A DNA stretch of 64,000 bases from Octopus vulgaris (GCA_951406725.2 OX597817.1:129580001-129644000); one strand, 5' to 3'; positions 1 to 14,728 are shown, counted from the stretch's first letter. Numbers and translations are program-made. The notes: generated by a model from the letters alone, not told the origin.

Positions 1-220
1 AGGAATGCTTTACAGATTTTTACAGTTCCAGTGATGGAATCGATCTTTAGTCTTCGAATTAGCTTTCTCCTTTCTGGTTTTGAGAAGCTTAATTTCTCAA
101 GATTGGTGTTTAGGCAGTATGTTACATATCCCAGGGCCCCAATAATTACAGATATAAACCTGAGTTTGTAATCTGGATAGAGTAACTGCAGATTTCTCAG
201 CATAGGTGTTCTTTTTTTCA
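1..220 (-). mobile_element. R4/Dong-like non-LTR retrotransposon, C-terminal endonuclease fragment
   Basis: Minus strand translates LRNLQLLYPDYKLRFISVIIGALGYVTYCLNTNLEKL...SITGTVKICK. This is the IIGALG tail that follows the restriction-like endonuclease. Confidence 0.65.
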
Positions 221-485
221 CTATGTATGTATGTATGTATGTATGTATGTATGTATGTATGTATGTATGTATGTATGTATGTATGTATGTGTTAACACAC
301 CTACATGATCAGATGAAGATGTGAATATGTTCTACAACCACGAAACTTTACCTTTTGTGGTGCTGAGCGAAACAGTTATCCATGGACCTTCAAGCAATGC
401 GTTCAGGGCTACTTTCTTTAATTTATTCATTCACTGTATATGTGTACACAGATGCGTGTGGTTGTATGTATATATATATATATAG

Positions 486-1035
486 CAGGGTGTTCGGACA
501 AATTTTGACGATATTTTGTCTCCTTTTTCATGAACAATTTCATGTTTGCTGAACAGTCAACGGCGTTGATGAGAATAAAGATTAAAGTTTATAGTAGACA
601 GTTAGCTGACATGGCAGACTGGAAGCCATTTGGATATTGGAAACGAATTACCTGTACTATGATCATTTGCCCTGGGTATCAAAATGCCGACATTGTGACT
701 GATACTCAATGTTCTGTGAACACTGTAAAGGCTGTAAGACGTGAGACATGGATATCATGAAAATTGAAACTGGGATGGGTTTTTTTAGTGTGTATCCAGT
801 GAAGGTGACGTCATGTCGCCACGTATTTTAGCAATGCCTTACACTCAATTAAGACGGTGATGTAAAGCTGCTGAAGACTGGCCAAATCCTGGTTGGAGAA
901 GTTTGCTGCTGAAAAGCTATATGCGTGGTAACACGATTCGGGTATTTGCCCTATCTACGAGAAGAGTCAGAAGTGGATGTCGGAGAATTTCTACGATTGC
1001 ACAGGCCCCAGTTTCTGGCTCGTAATTCCTCCGAT
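486..1035 (+). mobile_element. Degenerate Tc1/mariner (maT-like) transposase relic
   Basis: Broken frames give VSSEGDVMSPRIF, KSWLEKFAAEK.YAW*HDS and SQKWMSENFYDCTGPSFW. These match the mariner WQQDSAPCH...SQKWLSENF...FWPPNSPD region. Confidence 0.65.
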
Positions 1036-2199
1036 TAGTAGAATTCCCTCGAGCTGGCAGAATCGTTCACTACCGCCCCGCACAAAATGCTTATTGGCAT
1101 TTCTTCTGACTTTATGCTTTGAGTTCAAATACCGCATGGGTCGACTTTACCTTTCATCCTTTCAGTGTTAATAAAATAAAATAAGTACTGTTTAACATTG
1201 GGTCCATGTAATCGACTCAACCGTTCTTCCTAAATTACTGGTCTTATGCCAAAATATGAAATCATTATTTGGAATACTTAAATCGGCGAGTTGTCAAAAT
1301 CGTCATTGCACCAGACAAAATGCTTAGCGGCGTTTCTTCTGACTTTACGCTTTGAGTTCAAATGCTATTGGGTTTCACTTTGCCTTTCATCTTTTCGGGG
1401 TTGTTAAAATAACTACCCATTGAGCACTGAGGTCGATGTAATCAGTTTACCTTCTCACTTGAAATTACTGGCTTTGTATCAAAATTTAAAACCAATATTT
1501 GAAATATTTTGTAATACGTAGAAGAAAATTCATTGAAAGTTTCCTATTACCCAACCTACTTCAATACTGTCTTTGAAGTCAGCACTGCAAGATCACACAC
1601 CACTCGTTGATTACTCAGTAACTATGGTTCTCATAGTGAAGGTACATGATCTCGTGGTTATGGTGTTGTGTTCACGATCATAAGATCGTAGGTTAGGTTT
1701 GATTCCTAGACCGAGCGGTGCGTTGTATCCTTTATCAGGGCACATCATTTCAAGTTACTCAGCTGAAAAGGAATATCAAGTGACTCCTAATGCAGAACTC
1801 ACTCCTTTCTAACTGTCACATCTTCTAAATAAATAACTTCCGAAAACTTATATGGCCGAAAGTAATAAAATAAGCAAATAACATTAATTTTATTAGCGAT
1901 GTAACGGTGACCTTCGAGTATAACGTTTTCCTTTCAGTTTTACGAATGAATAGTATTAACAAATCTTTACGTAATGTTACGCAGCTTGAGCATAAATTTA
2001 GCTTCTTTTATTATTTTCTTTTTTTAGATGTATTGACAGTATCAATGCGGCAGGTCCGAATCCGGCATTGAAAGTGAAAAAGCTTCCCATGTTTATGGAT
2101 CAAGCCATCCATCACAGCAATTTAGGGATCGTAGCTTGATCCTTTGCATTCAGGATCAAGAATGACCGCGAGGCCTCTGGCAAGGACGTGTCATCCGTG

Positions 2200-2560
2200 C
2201 TCAAGAGAAAAGAAACATTAAACATTCTCGGGGGTTCTCGTCGCGGGAGGACTGACATCGTCTACCAGCTGCAGAACATCTTCCACAAATAGATAAGAGC
2301 AACGCTGCATCGAAGGAGGCGGGATCCATTATCAAATGCATGGTGTACAAGAACATTAGATACGAGTTCTACGTGATTAGGAGAGGAGAAGTTCATATTC
2401 AGCAAAATCCAGGAGAATCGGTTGATCCCCGGCATTAGGAGGTCTCCTTAGATGCCAAGGAGTCGTTAGAGCATGACAAGAGGAATGAGAGATACCATTT
2501 GATTTAACATGCAGCTGCTTCCATGGCTGCATCTTCGCCACTATTGAGGATAAGGACAAT
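2200..2560 (+). mobile_element. Degenerate mariner/maT N-terminal relic
   Basis: Segments NIRYEFYVIRRG and SAKSRRIG resemble the maT IRYKSYVMRRGQFMS motif; frameshifted. Confidence 0.45.
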
Positions 2561-3083
2561 TTTATTTATTGGTCTCCTTCCTTTATACATATATATCAAG
2601 AGAAAAACGAAGTGGGTTCACAAACACTCCGTTTCTAACCAGTAATTTACATAAGTTTTTCTCTAATTCTGATGATCGTAAGATCGTGGTTTCGATTCCT
2701 GGACAGGACGACACTATGTATTCTTGTGCAAAACACTTCATTTCACGTTGCTTCAATCCACTCAATTGGCAAAAATGAATAACCCTACGACGGACCGGCG
2801 TCCCATCCAGGTGGGAAATATGTACGCCATGGAAACCGAGAAACCGGTTCTATGAGTCTATGTGACTCATGAAGGAACTTTACTTTTTTTACTTTTTCTT
2901 CAACGAAACAAGAAAAGGAAGGAAATTCTCTTCTATCAATAAGCTTTATCCACAAGAATAAACTATCATTTTCTCAAATACAGTCGTGTGGTAGACAATT
3001 TATTTGCTTTCAAGCTCAAAATTCCTAAAGAATTCAGCTTTGTTTTGCCCTTTTTCCGTTTTTGTTTGTTGTTTATCTGGATA

Positions 3084-3468
3084 CTAGCAGTATCGCCCGG
3101 CGTTGCTCAGGTTTGTAAGGGAAATAACTATAAAGCATTTTTAGAGAGTTATAGCCAAAAAATAGCAAAAAAATGGAAAACAAATGATGGTAAATTTTTT
3201 TTGAGAGTTAAAAAAGGTAGAGTTGCGTCCCCTAGACGGTCTGTGGTTTGGGTTTCTAATTCTCGACCCCATGTCGAATTTATCGATTTTTTTCAGAACT
3301 GGGGGAACTTTTCAAAATTTTCGCTGCGTTAGTTTTGAATTATGACATTGGGCTATGTGTGTGTCAAGTTTCATCAGAATCGGTTGAAAGCCGTGGTCAG
3401 GGTGAGGGTACAAGCAAACAGACACACAGAAACACGCACAGACAAACTGCCGTTTATATAGAGAGAGA
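3084..3468 (-). mobile_element. Non-autonomous Helitron
   Basis: Minus strand starts A|TCTCTCTC and ends with a GC hairpin (CCTGAGCAACGCCGGG) followed by CGATACTG-CTAG|T. This gives canonical TC...CTAG ends in an AT target with no TSD. Confidence 0.8.
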
Positions 3469-3499
3469 TAATATTTTAGTGGAGTTTCGTTCCCTCCTC

Positions 3500-3541
<42 letters not shown>

Positions 3542-4789
3542 TTAATTCTCGTTTTATTTCTATTTGCAGATTCTTGTGCTGATTCGTGTGACTTAACTCG
3601 AGAAAGTAATTCAGTTGATTTAATTTTGTTTTCTACTTTCTTTCTTTTCTTTTTTAATTACAGAATTAATATTTGTTTATTAAATTTTTAACATACTATA
3701 ATGTCTCGAATTAGAAGAAATAAGTGTAGTCTCGATCATATCGATCTTTGTACATAACTTGTACTTATTTTATTGAGTAAAAAAGCAAAGTTGATCTCGG
3801 AGTGATTCGAACTTAAAACTTAATGGGATATTAGTAAATGCGCAAGACACCACATCCGTCGCCACAAATTGCTCATATCTGTTTACTGGTTAGCGGTTAG
3901 TGTGTGTGGTGGATTAGCAGAGTGATTGAAGCATAAGCCAAAGTATCTTGTGGTAATTGTTTCAGCTTTTTGCGTTCTAAGCTCGAATTCTGCCGAGTTA
4001 AACTTTGGTTTTTCATTATTTCTGGAGTCGATAAAATATAGTAATAGCTCAAGCAAAAGAAAACGGCCGAGAATCCAGAACGAATCTTCTTAACACAGTT
4101 CGTGACTTGAGCATGGATGAGGTATAAAAATCCTTAACATCCGTAGTATCTCTGGAAGAAACTAGTAGCGTAGCTAGGGTAGGGGACGAGGGGGAGGTCC
4201 ACACTTTTATAGGGGCGGTTCTTTTTGATCTGCTGTATAAACCTGTATAGGTTTGAGGGCCCGAGGTTGCTCGGCAAACTCAAGGACTGTCCCGAGCAGC
4301 ACGCATTGGAAGAAGCTATACGCATTGTTTTCTCAAGACATCCAAACCTCGTAAAATCGAGGGTGTATATATTCATCTTCACGCTATAAGTACAAAAAAT
4401 AACAAAGAAAAAGATGGAGTTTTAGAGATCTGATCTATATCACAGAAAAAGGTCCATGAGTAGCGGTTAATGCGAAGCCCCGAGAGGGTGGCTGGTGGGG
4501 CATATTATGGTTAACAAGAGGAGGAGAAAGTAATGAATCAAGAGTACCTTAACTAGATCAGAAGTGCAGAGACAATTGTGGTAACAGTAGAAAAAACAAA
4601 GAAAAGAGATTATATCTATTGATTTGATATTTAAGTGTTGTCGACCAGTTCATGTCAATTAGTCGGGTGACTTTTTTGTGGATGCGACAAGTATATATGC
4701 ACGTACGGACGAGCGGACCGATGGATGGATGGATGGATGGATGAGTGGGTGGGTGGGTGGATAAACGTGTAGTAGCAACACCGTCGATG

Positions 4790-5345
4790 TTGTAGTAGAA
4801 CTTCTTTGCGAGCTTTATACAGGGTTGGTAGATGTTGGGATCGAAGTATTTCCTGGCCCTAAAGCAGTCTGTCTTTGTGATGCAGTCGTTGCTATGTTGA
4901 TGTACAATATGCTATGCTTGTGTACAATAACCAGATGTCTTCAATGATAGTGACCTTGAATGTTCTAGTAGTGACCTTGAAGGATCTAGATGTGTAATGC
5001 TCATGTATAGCACTCTTTGTATGCCTGTGTTATTGAAGGAATCAAAATTAGTATTATTCTGTTGGAAGATGTTGTTTGAGGTCGCTATTTATGGAATCAG
5101 AGCAGCTTTAGCGTGAAGTTTCTATTTTGCACGAGGATAATGCATGGTCGGGGAGTATTAGGGACAAGTGAAGGATGGTATAGTTAGCATAAAAAAACAG
5201 CATTTTAGGTAGATAGCAGTTAGGATTTTGATAGGTTGTAGGTAGCAAAACTAAACTTTATGGACAACAAAGTTGACAGAATAGGGGTGAAAAAGAGTTC
5301 TATCTGCGTGCATCACGATGATGCTGTCAGAAAGGAAACCTTGAT
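4790..5345 (-). mobile_element. Possible Penelope GIY-YIG region relic
   Basis: Minus-strand fragments KSAIHEHYTSRSFKVTIIED and RKYFDPNIYQPCIKLAKK resemble the SAI.EH / P.LN part of the Penelope endonuclease. Many stops. Confidence 0.35.
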
Positions 5346-8300
5346 AAAAGAGATAAAGACTAGCATTGCAAGTATCTTGTGTTTGTGGTATCTCTGGGCA
5401 AGACACTTTATTTTATACGATGTATTATACATTATATAGTTAGTAATAATAATGTGTGGTACCTTTCACTTAAGGGAAACTGTATCAAATATATCTTACA
5501 TCAACCTGTTCTAATACTACTGGAATCAGATTTAAGTACCGCCTCTAAATCATTCCTAAAATGATTAACTTTATAATTTTAATAGTTAAAGTAATCTGGT
5601 CATCTCTTTACGATCTAATTTATTTTATTCCGACCTTAATTATGAAAGTCATCGTTGTCACTATAGGGATTTGAACATTAGTCCTCTATCTTGGCGATTT
5701 CACTGTCCTTGCGATTTCACGGGATATAGCACTTTTAATATATATTATCGAATACCTTATTCGACCTGGGTGGTATTTGAACCCAGGAATCAAGGGATAT
5801 CGAATTCGATTACAGTAAAGTAAATCGCCTGTTTATTTAAGCATACGTGGTTTTTTAATGTTTCTGCCCTCATTTTTTTATAGCGGAATGTGAAGATGAA
5901 GAATGCATGGAAAAAGAAAAACGTAAGTACCTCTACCTATACGATTATATATCTATACTTTATTCACTTCCCTTATTTTATGTTCATCTTTTTATACTGA
6001 TCATATGACTGTACATTATACCTAGCCTGATATACATACATATACACTGTTATACAACTGTACTTTATTGACTTAAGGAGTGTAACTTAGTGGTTAGAAG
6101 TGTTGGGCTCATGATCGTAAGATTGTAGTTTCGATTTTTCGGCTGGGCGATGTGTTGTATTCTTCAGCAAAAGACTTATCTCATGTTCCTCTAGTTCAGT
6201 CAGGTGGTAAAAATAAGTAATCCTGCGACGGAGCAGCATCCTATCCAGGGGGAATATATGCGCCACGGAAACCGAGAAACCGGCACTATGAGTATGTATG
6301 ATTCGGAAAGGATCTTTATCCTTTAGTTTTCGTATATCGATTTAGATTGATTATAAAATTGTATTTTGTTTATGTAAGTATATCTATTTATCACAAAAAA
6401 AATAAAATAAAAAGGGCCAAAAGTCCTTCTAGAGCCATAGTCTCATGAGGCCAGTCTTTCGGCTTCAGTGACGTTTAAATTTCATCCGACTTACTGGACG
6501 GAACGGCAGTACGTCCCACAATTACTCATTTTTACCGGCTGCGTGGGCTGGAGCAACGTGAAATGAAAAATGTTTTTTCAAGAACACAACGCATCACCTG
6601 GTTTAGGAATCGAAACCATAATATTACGATCGTGAGTGAAACACTCTAACTACTAAGCCATGCGCTACCGCATATCTATTCATACTGTTATATAGTTATA
6701 CTTCATATAACCAAATATAATGATGTCTTATGGTAGTCTCTCGAATCTGAGAGAGACGGTTATGCATTTTTTTTTTGCAGAACAATCTGCACTGATGATT
6801 CGTTTATAGTGATCAAACGTTTGTGCAGCATATTAGCACTCTCCCTCTTATCAAGTCGACGTTGCCTGTTCACATGTCGTAGTGATCGCAGAGTAATATG
6901 AAATGAGTTTTGTTCAAGAAAACATCGCACTGCCCGATCCGAGAATCGAATCCACAATCTTGCAATCGCGAGAGCAACATCCAAACTACTAGGCCACGTG
7001 TCGTGACGATGCCTAATACAAGTATATCTGTTTGGACTGATTATGTAGGCATATCTACTTAGATTAGATATATGACAGTAGGCTATTTTAATTGGTTGCA
7101 TGATAAAAGTCCCAAATAAGGACAAAGAAGAGACTTTGGTCAGTAATGATAGTAGCCAACGTTCAATGACCTGAAACTGTCGTAGTCGTTGTCATCGTTG
7201 CATTTGTAGCCGAAGTCGAATGGAATAAGTCGTGCGGCCATTGGTCTTGGCTGGTCAGCGATCACTGACTAGCTAGATGGCGTATCATCTATATAACTAA
7301 TGTTATAACTAATGTTTGCCAATGAAAATGCACCAAAAACAAAATTGTTAATGTAATTTCAATATGTCGTTTATCAAAACTGGAACCGAATGAGTCGATT
7401 GTAATTTTTTGCTGGTCAACTACTGATAAAAGAAAAAAAAACAGTTCCCAGTGTGTTTTATCAGGGACTTTCTGACGCCATCAATCTTCGACGGCATCGT
7501 GTTTATTGTTCAGTTCTTTTTATGTCCGAACACAATAATTCAGGTTCAATTCCGAGTCAATGAGTTGGTGTTCGGGACTCTGCCAAATATTTTCGCTAAA
7601 GATATATAACTATAGTATATTCACTCGTTTTATGAGGGTGCATCTGTTTGGACTAATTCTGTCAGTAATCCATTTAGTAGCCTTATACATACATATTTTA
7701 GTTGTCATATACATATGTTTAGTTGTCATACGCATATATATTTTAGTCTCAAGTAAAACCAAGGCTTATAGTTAGACCATGCTTTCATGTAAGTAAGATG
7801 CGCTTGACACAATATGGTTTATTTTAATAAGTCGCTCTCCACATTCAGTAGGTGGAAGGAAGATAAAGAACGAAACCCAATGAGCTGTAAGGACGGCAAA
7901 ACTGGTCTGTTTGAACATCATTTCAAGCTGCTAATGATTTCGTTCAATAGTTTGTCTTTTTTCTCAAGCGTAACACTTGGATTTGTTTCATTCTGTTAAA
8001 TATATCGATTATCTTCTCCTCAGTTAAGGTCATTGACAGCGTAACTCTCGAACACTTATCTTCAGAAGCAGAATAATATTACTGACAGATAACGCGTATG
8101 TTTATGTATTTGAAATAATTACTCTTGCAAATTTCAACAATAATTCTTTTTTGCTATTATTTCAGTTTGTGCACAATGCATGAGAAATCGTAAGTAAAAA
8201 TAAATAAATTATTCCTAAGGGTATTTAGAAAACACATGGTGTGTGTGTGTGTGTGTGTGTGTGTAAGCCTTTCAGAGAAATACATGTATCCTGGATAACA

Positions 8301-10060
8301 GAAGTAGAGAAAAAGGAAAACATAAACCTAGCAACAATTGTTAACAAATCTCCAAAGAAAGGGGAGATAATTTCAAGATATAATTTATTTCACAGGAAAT
8401 TTACTTTTCATGCTTCTGTGTAGAAAGATAATATTGATATTTCTTGCAGGATTTCATAATAGAAAGAACAAACATACAAAACATTTATAACGGTGCATAT
8501 ATTTTAAACATCATATATTGTAATTCACGTATTATAATAAAAGAAGGATTCAGTCTACAAAATTTGACACTCTCTGTAATATATGATTAAGGAATGGGTA
8601 AAATACAAATTCGATACATGCGTATGTGTGTGTGTAATAGCTCTCTCAAATCAGACTCATACCGCCATTGTACAGGATGCATTAAAGAATGTAGTGTTCG
8701 ATATACGAAGGGGTGGATGATCACAACTGGTCGGCATTCATCACAGATCTACCCATGCTTAAAATAATCAGCCAAATTTCCTTCAAGTGATACATTCAGC
8801 CGTCTTAAAACAGAAAGGACATACATTGTATAACATTGTCCCTGATTTACAAAAACGGGATGGCCATGCTTAGAATGCTTTCTATCATAGGTCTGCTCGA
8901 TCAGAGATCATCTGGGACTACTGCTCGATCCGAGATCATCTGGGACTAAGCCAACAATAGTATCTCTACATTGCAGCTGAACCTGATAAAAAAATATTTG
9001 CCATATCTCTCTCAACTCCTACACAGTATTTTCAGTATATAGATAGTATAAATAATTACTCTGTAACTGTGAAACAGTATTGATTGCGAGAAATATATGG
9101 AATCAACACATGAGATTATCAGAGATTATAATGGCGAGCACTTCATTAAAACTAATATACATGGCATTAGCCATAGTGTTGCTATGGTGAGAAATTGTAA
9201 TGTCCTCGTTTTGCGGTTGGAGGCTCTGGTATTGCCATCTTATTGCATTTGCGGGAGACAGCAACAGTAATTTATAAATATTAACAGTTCTCTTTTATTT
9301 TCTACCTACAACTAGAAGAACAGACCTCTACTAGTGTATTATTCTGGTGGTTATTGTGATTAAGCAGAACATTTACTTATAAAATAATTGTATGAGTACA
9401 AGATTTAATAATACGGTAACCCATACAGAGGAATGTAAAAAATTTCTTGAAACATAACGTTGATAAAAACTGGTCTGAGTTGAACGTATTGTAGAAGTAG
9501 TATTATGCATGTTTTTGGAATGATGTTCTTTTAGCGATGTGATATATGATGCAGTGTGATTAAAGCCCTGGTAATATTATATCTTCGGATTTAATAAGAG
9601 TCAGGATAGAGAACATCAAGAAATATGAAGACAAGTTAATGTTGACTGCAACATTTATTCCGACGCTTAAAGGAAATACGGCAAACCGATATTACATGAA
9701 TATATCTATCAATTAAAATACAATTTCAAAGTGCTTCTTGAAGGTAAATGTTCGAAAAACACAAAGCATTAGCATCAAGGAATCCTGCTACAATTCTCTC
9801 CTCACTGACTAAACTCAAAAGACCATTCTTATTTATAGCTACCTGTTGGCTAAAACAGACCAAATTTTGGCCATGGTGAGAAAAGGTTAGATTGAGTGAC
9901 TTAAAGCATCCAATCGGTACGCACAGGAATGATCGTGTTCCCACTCACAGAAAAAGCCTTACCGGATCCAAAAAGGGACTATTTAAGGCTAAACAACCAA
10001 AAATTGAACATCTCATCACTACATTCTTTTGAGTCTGCACTAGAGTCTAGACACTTTCTT

Positions 10061-13046
10061 TTGAGTCTTTTGTTACCAGAAAATGTTGCTGAAATAGAAT
10101 AAAAAGAAACGTGCACACATAGTAGAGAAATTGGTGCAATCGAGATACGAGAAATCGATATCTTGTTCAGCTGAAAGGTGTCTTGTTACAGCCGATCTGA
10201 AGCGAAACACGGCTGATTCCGTTAAAGCTGCTAAAAACGGCCAAAATAACCTAGTCCTATTTAAATGGGAATTTCAGCGTAAATCTGGTAAGTACATTCG
10301 TGAAAAAACGTGATTTCACTGCGTTAACAATTGAGTTACAGTGTCCCACATTATTTGGCATGATATCTGACCTCTAAAGGCGGCGAGCTGGCAGAAACGT
10401 TAGCACACCGGGCGAAATGCTTAGCGGTATTGCGTCTGTCGTTGCGTTCTGAGTTCAAATTCCGCCGAGGTCGACTTTGCCTTTCATCCTTTCGGGGTCG
10501 ATAAATTAAGTACCAGTTACGCACTGGGGTCGATGTAATCGACTTAATCCCTTTGTCTGTCCTTGTTTGTCCCCTCTATGTTTAGCCCCTTGTGGGTAAT
10601 AAAGAAACAGATATCTGACCTCTGAATTTTTTGAGATTTTTCCACACCGCTGTTTTGAAAATTTATAATACTGACGGAAAATTGATACGTAGTGAATCAG
10701 AATTTGACGGATTTTCAACCGAAGATATTGAAAAATTAAACAGAATATTCAGTGAACACAAAAACTACATTGTGTGTGAGAATGAATCGGGTATTTTTAT
10801 TCCAAAAAGTGGTAGTGATTCGGACGATAACTCAGACAGTGACAAAGAAAATGGATTTGTACTCGATTGGGACAAAAGTTTGAAAACTGTTTTTCTTACT
10901 GATTTTTCTTAAGAGACTGGACCTAGTCACAGATTTTCTCAGGGAGACAAAACCATTATACTATATTTTTAACCTCTAGTTTATTCGAAGCAATTACTGC
11001 GGAAACTGATCGCTATGCAGAATATAAACAATGTGATAAAAAAAACCGTTTGTGTTCTCCGACGCGCTTAAATGAAATCTGAGATTTTTTTTCACAAACA
11101 TCGGAACGCGAAGCGCTCCACACGAACGTGCGTTCGTGAGATGGTTGTGATCTGTAAACAGCTTAGTGTACGAATCGGAAAAAGTATGAATACGCAATGC
11201 GCATGTGCACACTGAATTTATAGAACGGAAGAGAAGAATAAAAATGCAATGTCTAACAAGTTATATGACGGTCTGCATGTCACATCTGACGCCACTATCA
11301 AGCAGCACTGCGACAATTTTCTTGTTTGCTATCAATAATATAATGGGAATAAGATTGCTACTCAGAATAATGAACATTTTGGGGACCAATAGGTTTCCAG
11401 TATCGTGACACAGACATTTTTTTTTTTAAATTATCACAATACCTACATGTAAGAGACACTAGCAGTACACTAGTACATACAGAACCAAACTCGATCCCTT
11501 ATTTAAAAGTAAGGCTCTTTATCGACTACTTTTAAAACGCTTATAAAAAGACTTTTAAAACCAGCAAGATACTTGTCTATCGATGAGAATATGGTGGTAT
11601 ACAAAGGTAAAGTGCAATCCCGACAGTATATGCTAGGAAATCCCACAAAATGGAGGATCGAAGTTTGATTCAATTTTAATACGGGGAAAAGAAACAATAA
11701 TGTAAGCCAGGATGGCCTAGGGTGCGATGTAGTACGGAATTTATCACTCCTATACCATAACCAAGGCCGAATAGTTTTTCGCTGGATTTTCAGTTCGGAA
11801 AAACTTGCAATAGTTTTAGAAACTGTGGCAACATATACAAGTGCTACAGTAGTAAGAATGGGATGCTGTTGGATACTAAAAGAAAAGCAACAAAAAGAGG
11901 TGAAATAGTTCAACGGCAGAAAGGAAACTTGCTAGCGACCGCAAACGGACATAAGACACAAATCAATTTTCTTTCAATTTGTGCGCAACCACATGTAGCT
12001 GAAAATGGCACCTCATTTGTGCTCCTTGATTATAACAAGTATATGGGTAGTGTAGATCAGCTGAATCAGATGATGAGCTATAACCCGGTCTATCAGCCGA
12101 GTAATAGATGTTGGCAGTACCTGGTTTGGTTTATAGTAAATGAGCATCAAATCAGGAGGGGCTCGAAAGCAATGCGACCATCTGCAGTTCCGAGCAGATG
12201 CAGCATGGTTTTTCTTCCAAAAAATAGTTGTTATGAGAAAACCTAAAGCCTACCAGAGAGATATCCTTCTGAATTCAGCCGACCTCCATAAATTAGAGAA
12301 AATTGAGAGTCGCAAAAGGCAATGCCTTGAATGCCTTTATTAAAAAAAGGAAAGTTACCAGTGGACGGGTCCTTGAAACAAGTTCCCAATGTGCAATCTG
12401 CAAGCTTGCATTACGTAGAGTGAGATACTTTACAAGTTACCATCATAGAAATATTGTGTGATTTATATACACACTATCTGATTTTATAAAAATTTTCTTA
12501 ATATTTACCTCTTATTTCTTATTTACTTGTAATGTGAATGACAAATTTTGATCACTTTGTATTATGAATCATTATTATATAAGTTTCTGCGCATTTATGT
12601 ATGTTTATAGGTTTATTTTATTAAGTTACTGGTAACCGTATTTCATATTCTTGTTATCTTCAAACATAAATTCCAGTATTTCATTCTAATTTTACTTTTA
12701 TTACTACGCCCGTCTTATATGGATTTAAGTTCAAATGATAATTTAGTAATGTGCATAATTCATCGATTTTAAAATTTTGTTGTATACCCATTTGAATATT
12801 AGCTAGTAACTCATTTTCTTTGATGTTTAAACAAAATTGAAATAATTTTATATTTAGTTGAATTTACCAGTAATTACGAGTCGTTTTGAGACAAAAATTA
12901 TGCAATACATTTAAGAACCTCTTGTTAATTTGTGTTCCAAAAATCATTGTTGTATGAAACCAGTAGAAATTCACGACTATATTAGAATTAAATTGAAACA
13001 CATAAAAGGTGTATTTTAATTAGAAATATAGTAGCGAAAGGGCTAA
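10061..13046 (+). mobile_element. Decayed piggyBac (PGBD4-like) transposon
   Basis: Acidic N-terminus (SESEFDGFSTEDIE, SDSDDNSDSD), SIDENMVVYKGKVQSRQYMLGNPTKW, YNKYMGSVDQLNQMMSY...RCWQYLVWF and a Cys-rich tail RKRQCLECL...QCAICKLAL. Right end TAGCGAAAGGGCTAA resembles a CCC-TIR plus TTAA; left end is degenerate. Stops and frameshifts throughout. Confidence 0.8.
10376..10609 (+). mobile_element. Young tRNA-derived SINE (family A) inserted in the piggyBac
   Basis: A-box GAGCTGGCAGAA, B-box GAGTTCAAATTCC and core GACTTTGCCTTTCATCCTTTCGGGGTCGATAAA. Perfect 14-bp TSD GATATCTGACCTCT at 10362-10375 and 10610-10623. Degenerate copies near 1050, 1283, 3910, 16400, 18200, 20140, 33470-34110 and 39220. 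Confidence 0.9.
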
Positions 13047-13787
13047 TCTATCATTGCATGGTTGGGAAGAACCATTCTGATATGGGCCCACCAAACCAAT
13101 GATAAACAATGGACAAATATAACTTCATCTGGTTGCATAAGAGTCGCTACACGTTTTTTGGTGCTGTTGAAGTTGTTTTTCTTATATAATCAAAAAAAGA
13201 TATACAAATAGATGGAGAGAGGTTATCTTAAAGTTTTTCATAATGGATGATGATCGTTGAGTGCAAGATATAAAGGAGATAAAATGTCAAATAAAATTAA
13301 GAGTTTATGGTGAATTTTCCATTGTAATTTGGCTGGTGAGATAAACATTTTAATTCTTTATAATTTGATTTGATTTTTTCGTTCCAGAACGACTGAAACA
13401 CTTGAGAAAATTTCTAAAATAGCAGGAATATGTGAATGTCTATGTATACACAATCACACAAACCAGAATGCCAAATCTTTTACAATACAGTGCCGACAAG
13501 CTGAAGTGTACGAAATTAAATAACTAACAAGTGAAATCCTAAATGTATAATCGATAACATTAAATTTATTAAAATTTATAATTAGATATCAGAACTGGTA
13601 CCTAATATTCTTTAATTGATTTCTAATTATTTCATATAAACTGAAATAAACCATTAATGAAAAGCAATACCTTTCTAGTTTGTTATGTTGGTTTGTTGTT
13701 CTGAAATTTTGATTATTTTCTATGTTCCAGAGTCATAAGTGACCGTGTTCATAGAGATGTTAAAGTAGAGGCAATAAAATTTATTAG

Positions 13788-14180
13788 CTGTGTGGTAAGT
13801 AACTTGCTTACCAACCACATGGTTCCGGGTTCAGTCCCATTGTATGGCACCTTGGGCAAGTGTCTTTTACTATAGCTTTGGTTCGACTAAAATCTTGTGA
13901 GTGGATTTAGTAAACGGAAACTGAAAGAAGCCCGTCGTATATATATATATGTGTGTGTGTGTGCACGTTTGTGTGTCTGTGTTTGTCCCCCAACATCTCT
14001 TGACAACCGATGCTGGTGTGTTTACATCCCCATAACTTAGCGGTTCTGCAAAAGAGACCGATAGAATAAGTACTAGGCTTACAAAGAATAAGTACTGGGG
14101 TCGATTTGCTTGACTAAAGGCGGTGCTCCAGCATGGCCACAGTCAAATGACTGACACAAGTAAAAGAGAGTAAAAAAAAA
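13788..14180 (+). mobile_element. CORE-type tRNA SINE (family B)
   Basis: GCTGTGTGGTAAG...GGTTCAGTCCC head, CCTTGGGCAAGTG core, internal (TA)/(TG) tract and GAAACAAGTAAAAGA-like tail. Same family as 34962-35380. Confidence 0.8.
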
Positions 14181-14728
14181 GAGATATTAGTCGTTTACAT
14201 ATCACTTGTAATTATACAGGATGTCTCATAAAAATGGGACACATTTTAAATGAAAGTAACTGGGACAAGAACAATCACAGGTGAGTGCACAATGATCTTG
14301 TGTGTGCAGGAGTGGTGTGTGGTAAGAAGTTTGCTTCGAAACCACATAGTTCTAGGTTCAGTCCCACTGCATGGCACTTTGGGCAAGTGTCTTCTACTAT
14401 AGCTTCGGTCCGACTAAAGTCTTGTGAGTGGATTTGGAAAAACAGAAACTCTGTGCGTGCACGTGTGTGCATGTGCCTGTATTTGTCCCCAGCCACTGCT
14501 TAACAACCGGTATTTCTGTGTTTATGTCCCTGTAACTTAGTGGTTCAGCAAAAAACTGACAATAAGTACCAAGCTTTACAAAGAAATAAATACTGGAGTC
14601 GATTCATTTGACATAAATTCTTCAAGCTGGTGCCCCCGATAATCATTACCAGAATCCTGTATTAACACTCGTTTCGTTTAAATCTAAAGTTTTTAAAATC
14701 GTAGCTCTGAGTTTTACATTTCAAAGTA

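Noticed and set aside
311-352. Hammerhead-like ATGAAGA-T-GTG...CAC-GAAAC, with a similar case at 21186-21225
   Set aside because: The core or cleavage triplet is broken and there is no stem I.
9726-9843. Exon-like ORF ending YLQEAL as the TMTC2 terminal exon
   Set aside because: No alignment to the last TPR beyond YL..AL, and it lies outside the CpG-depleted domain.
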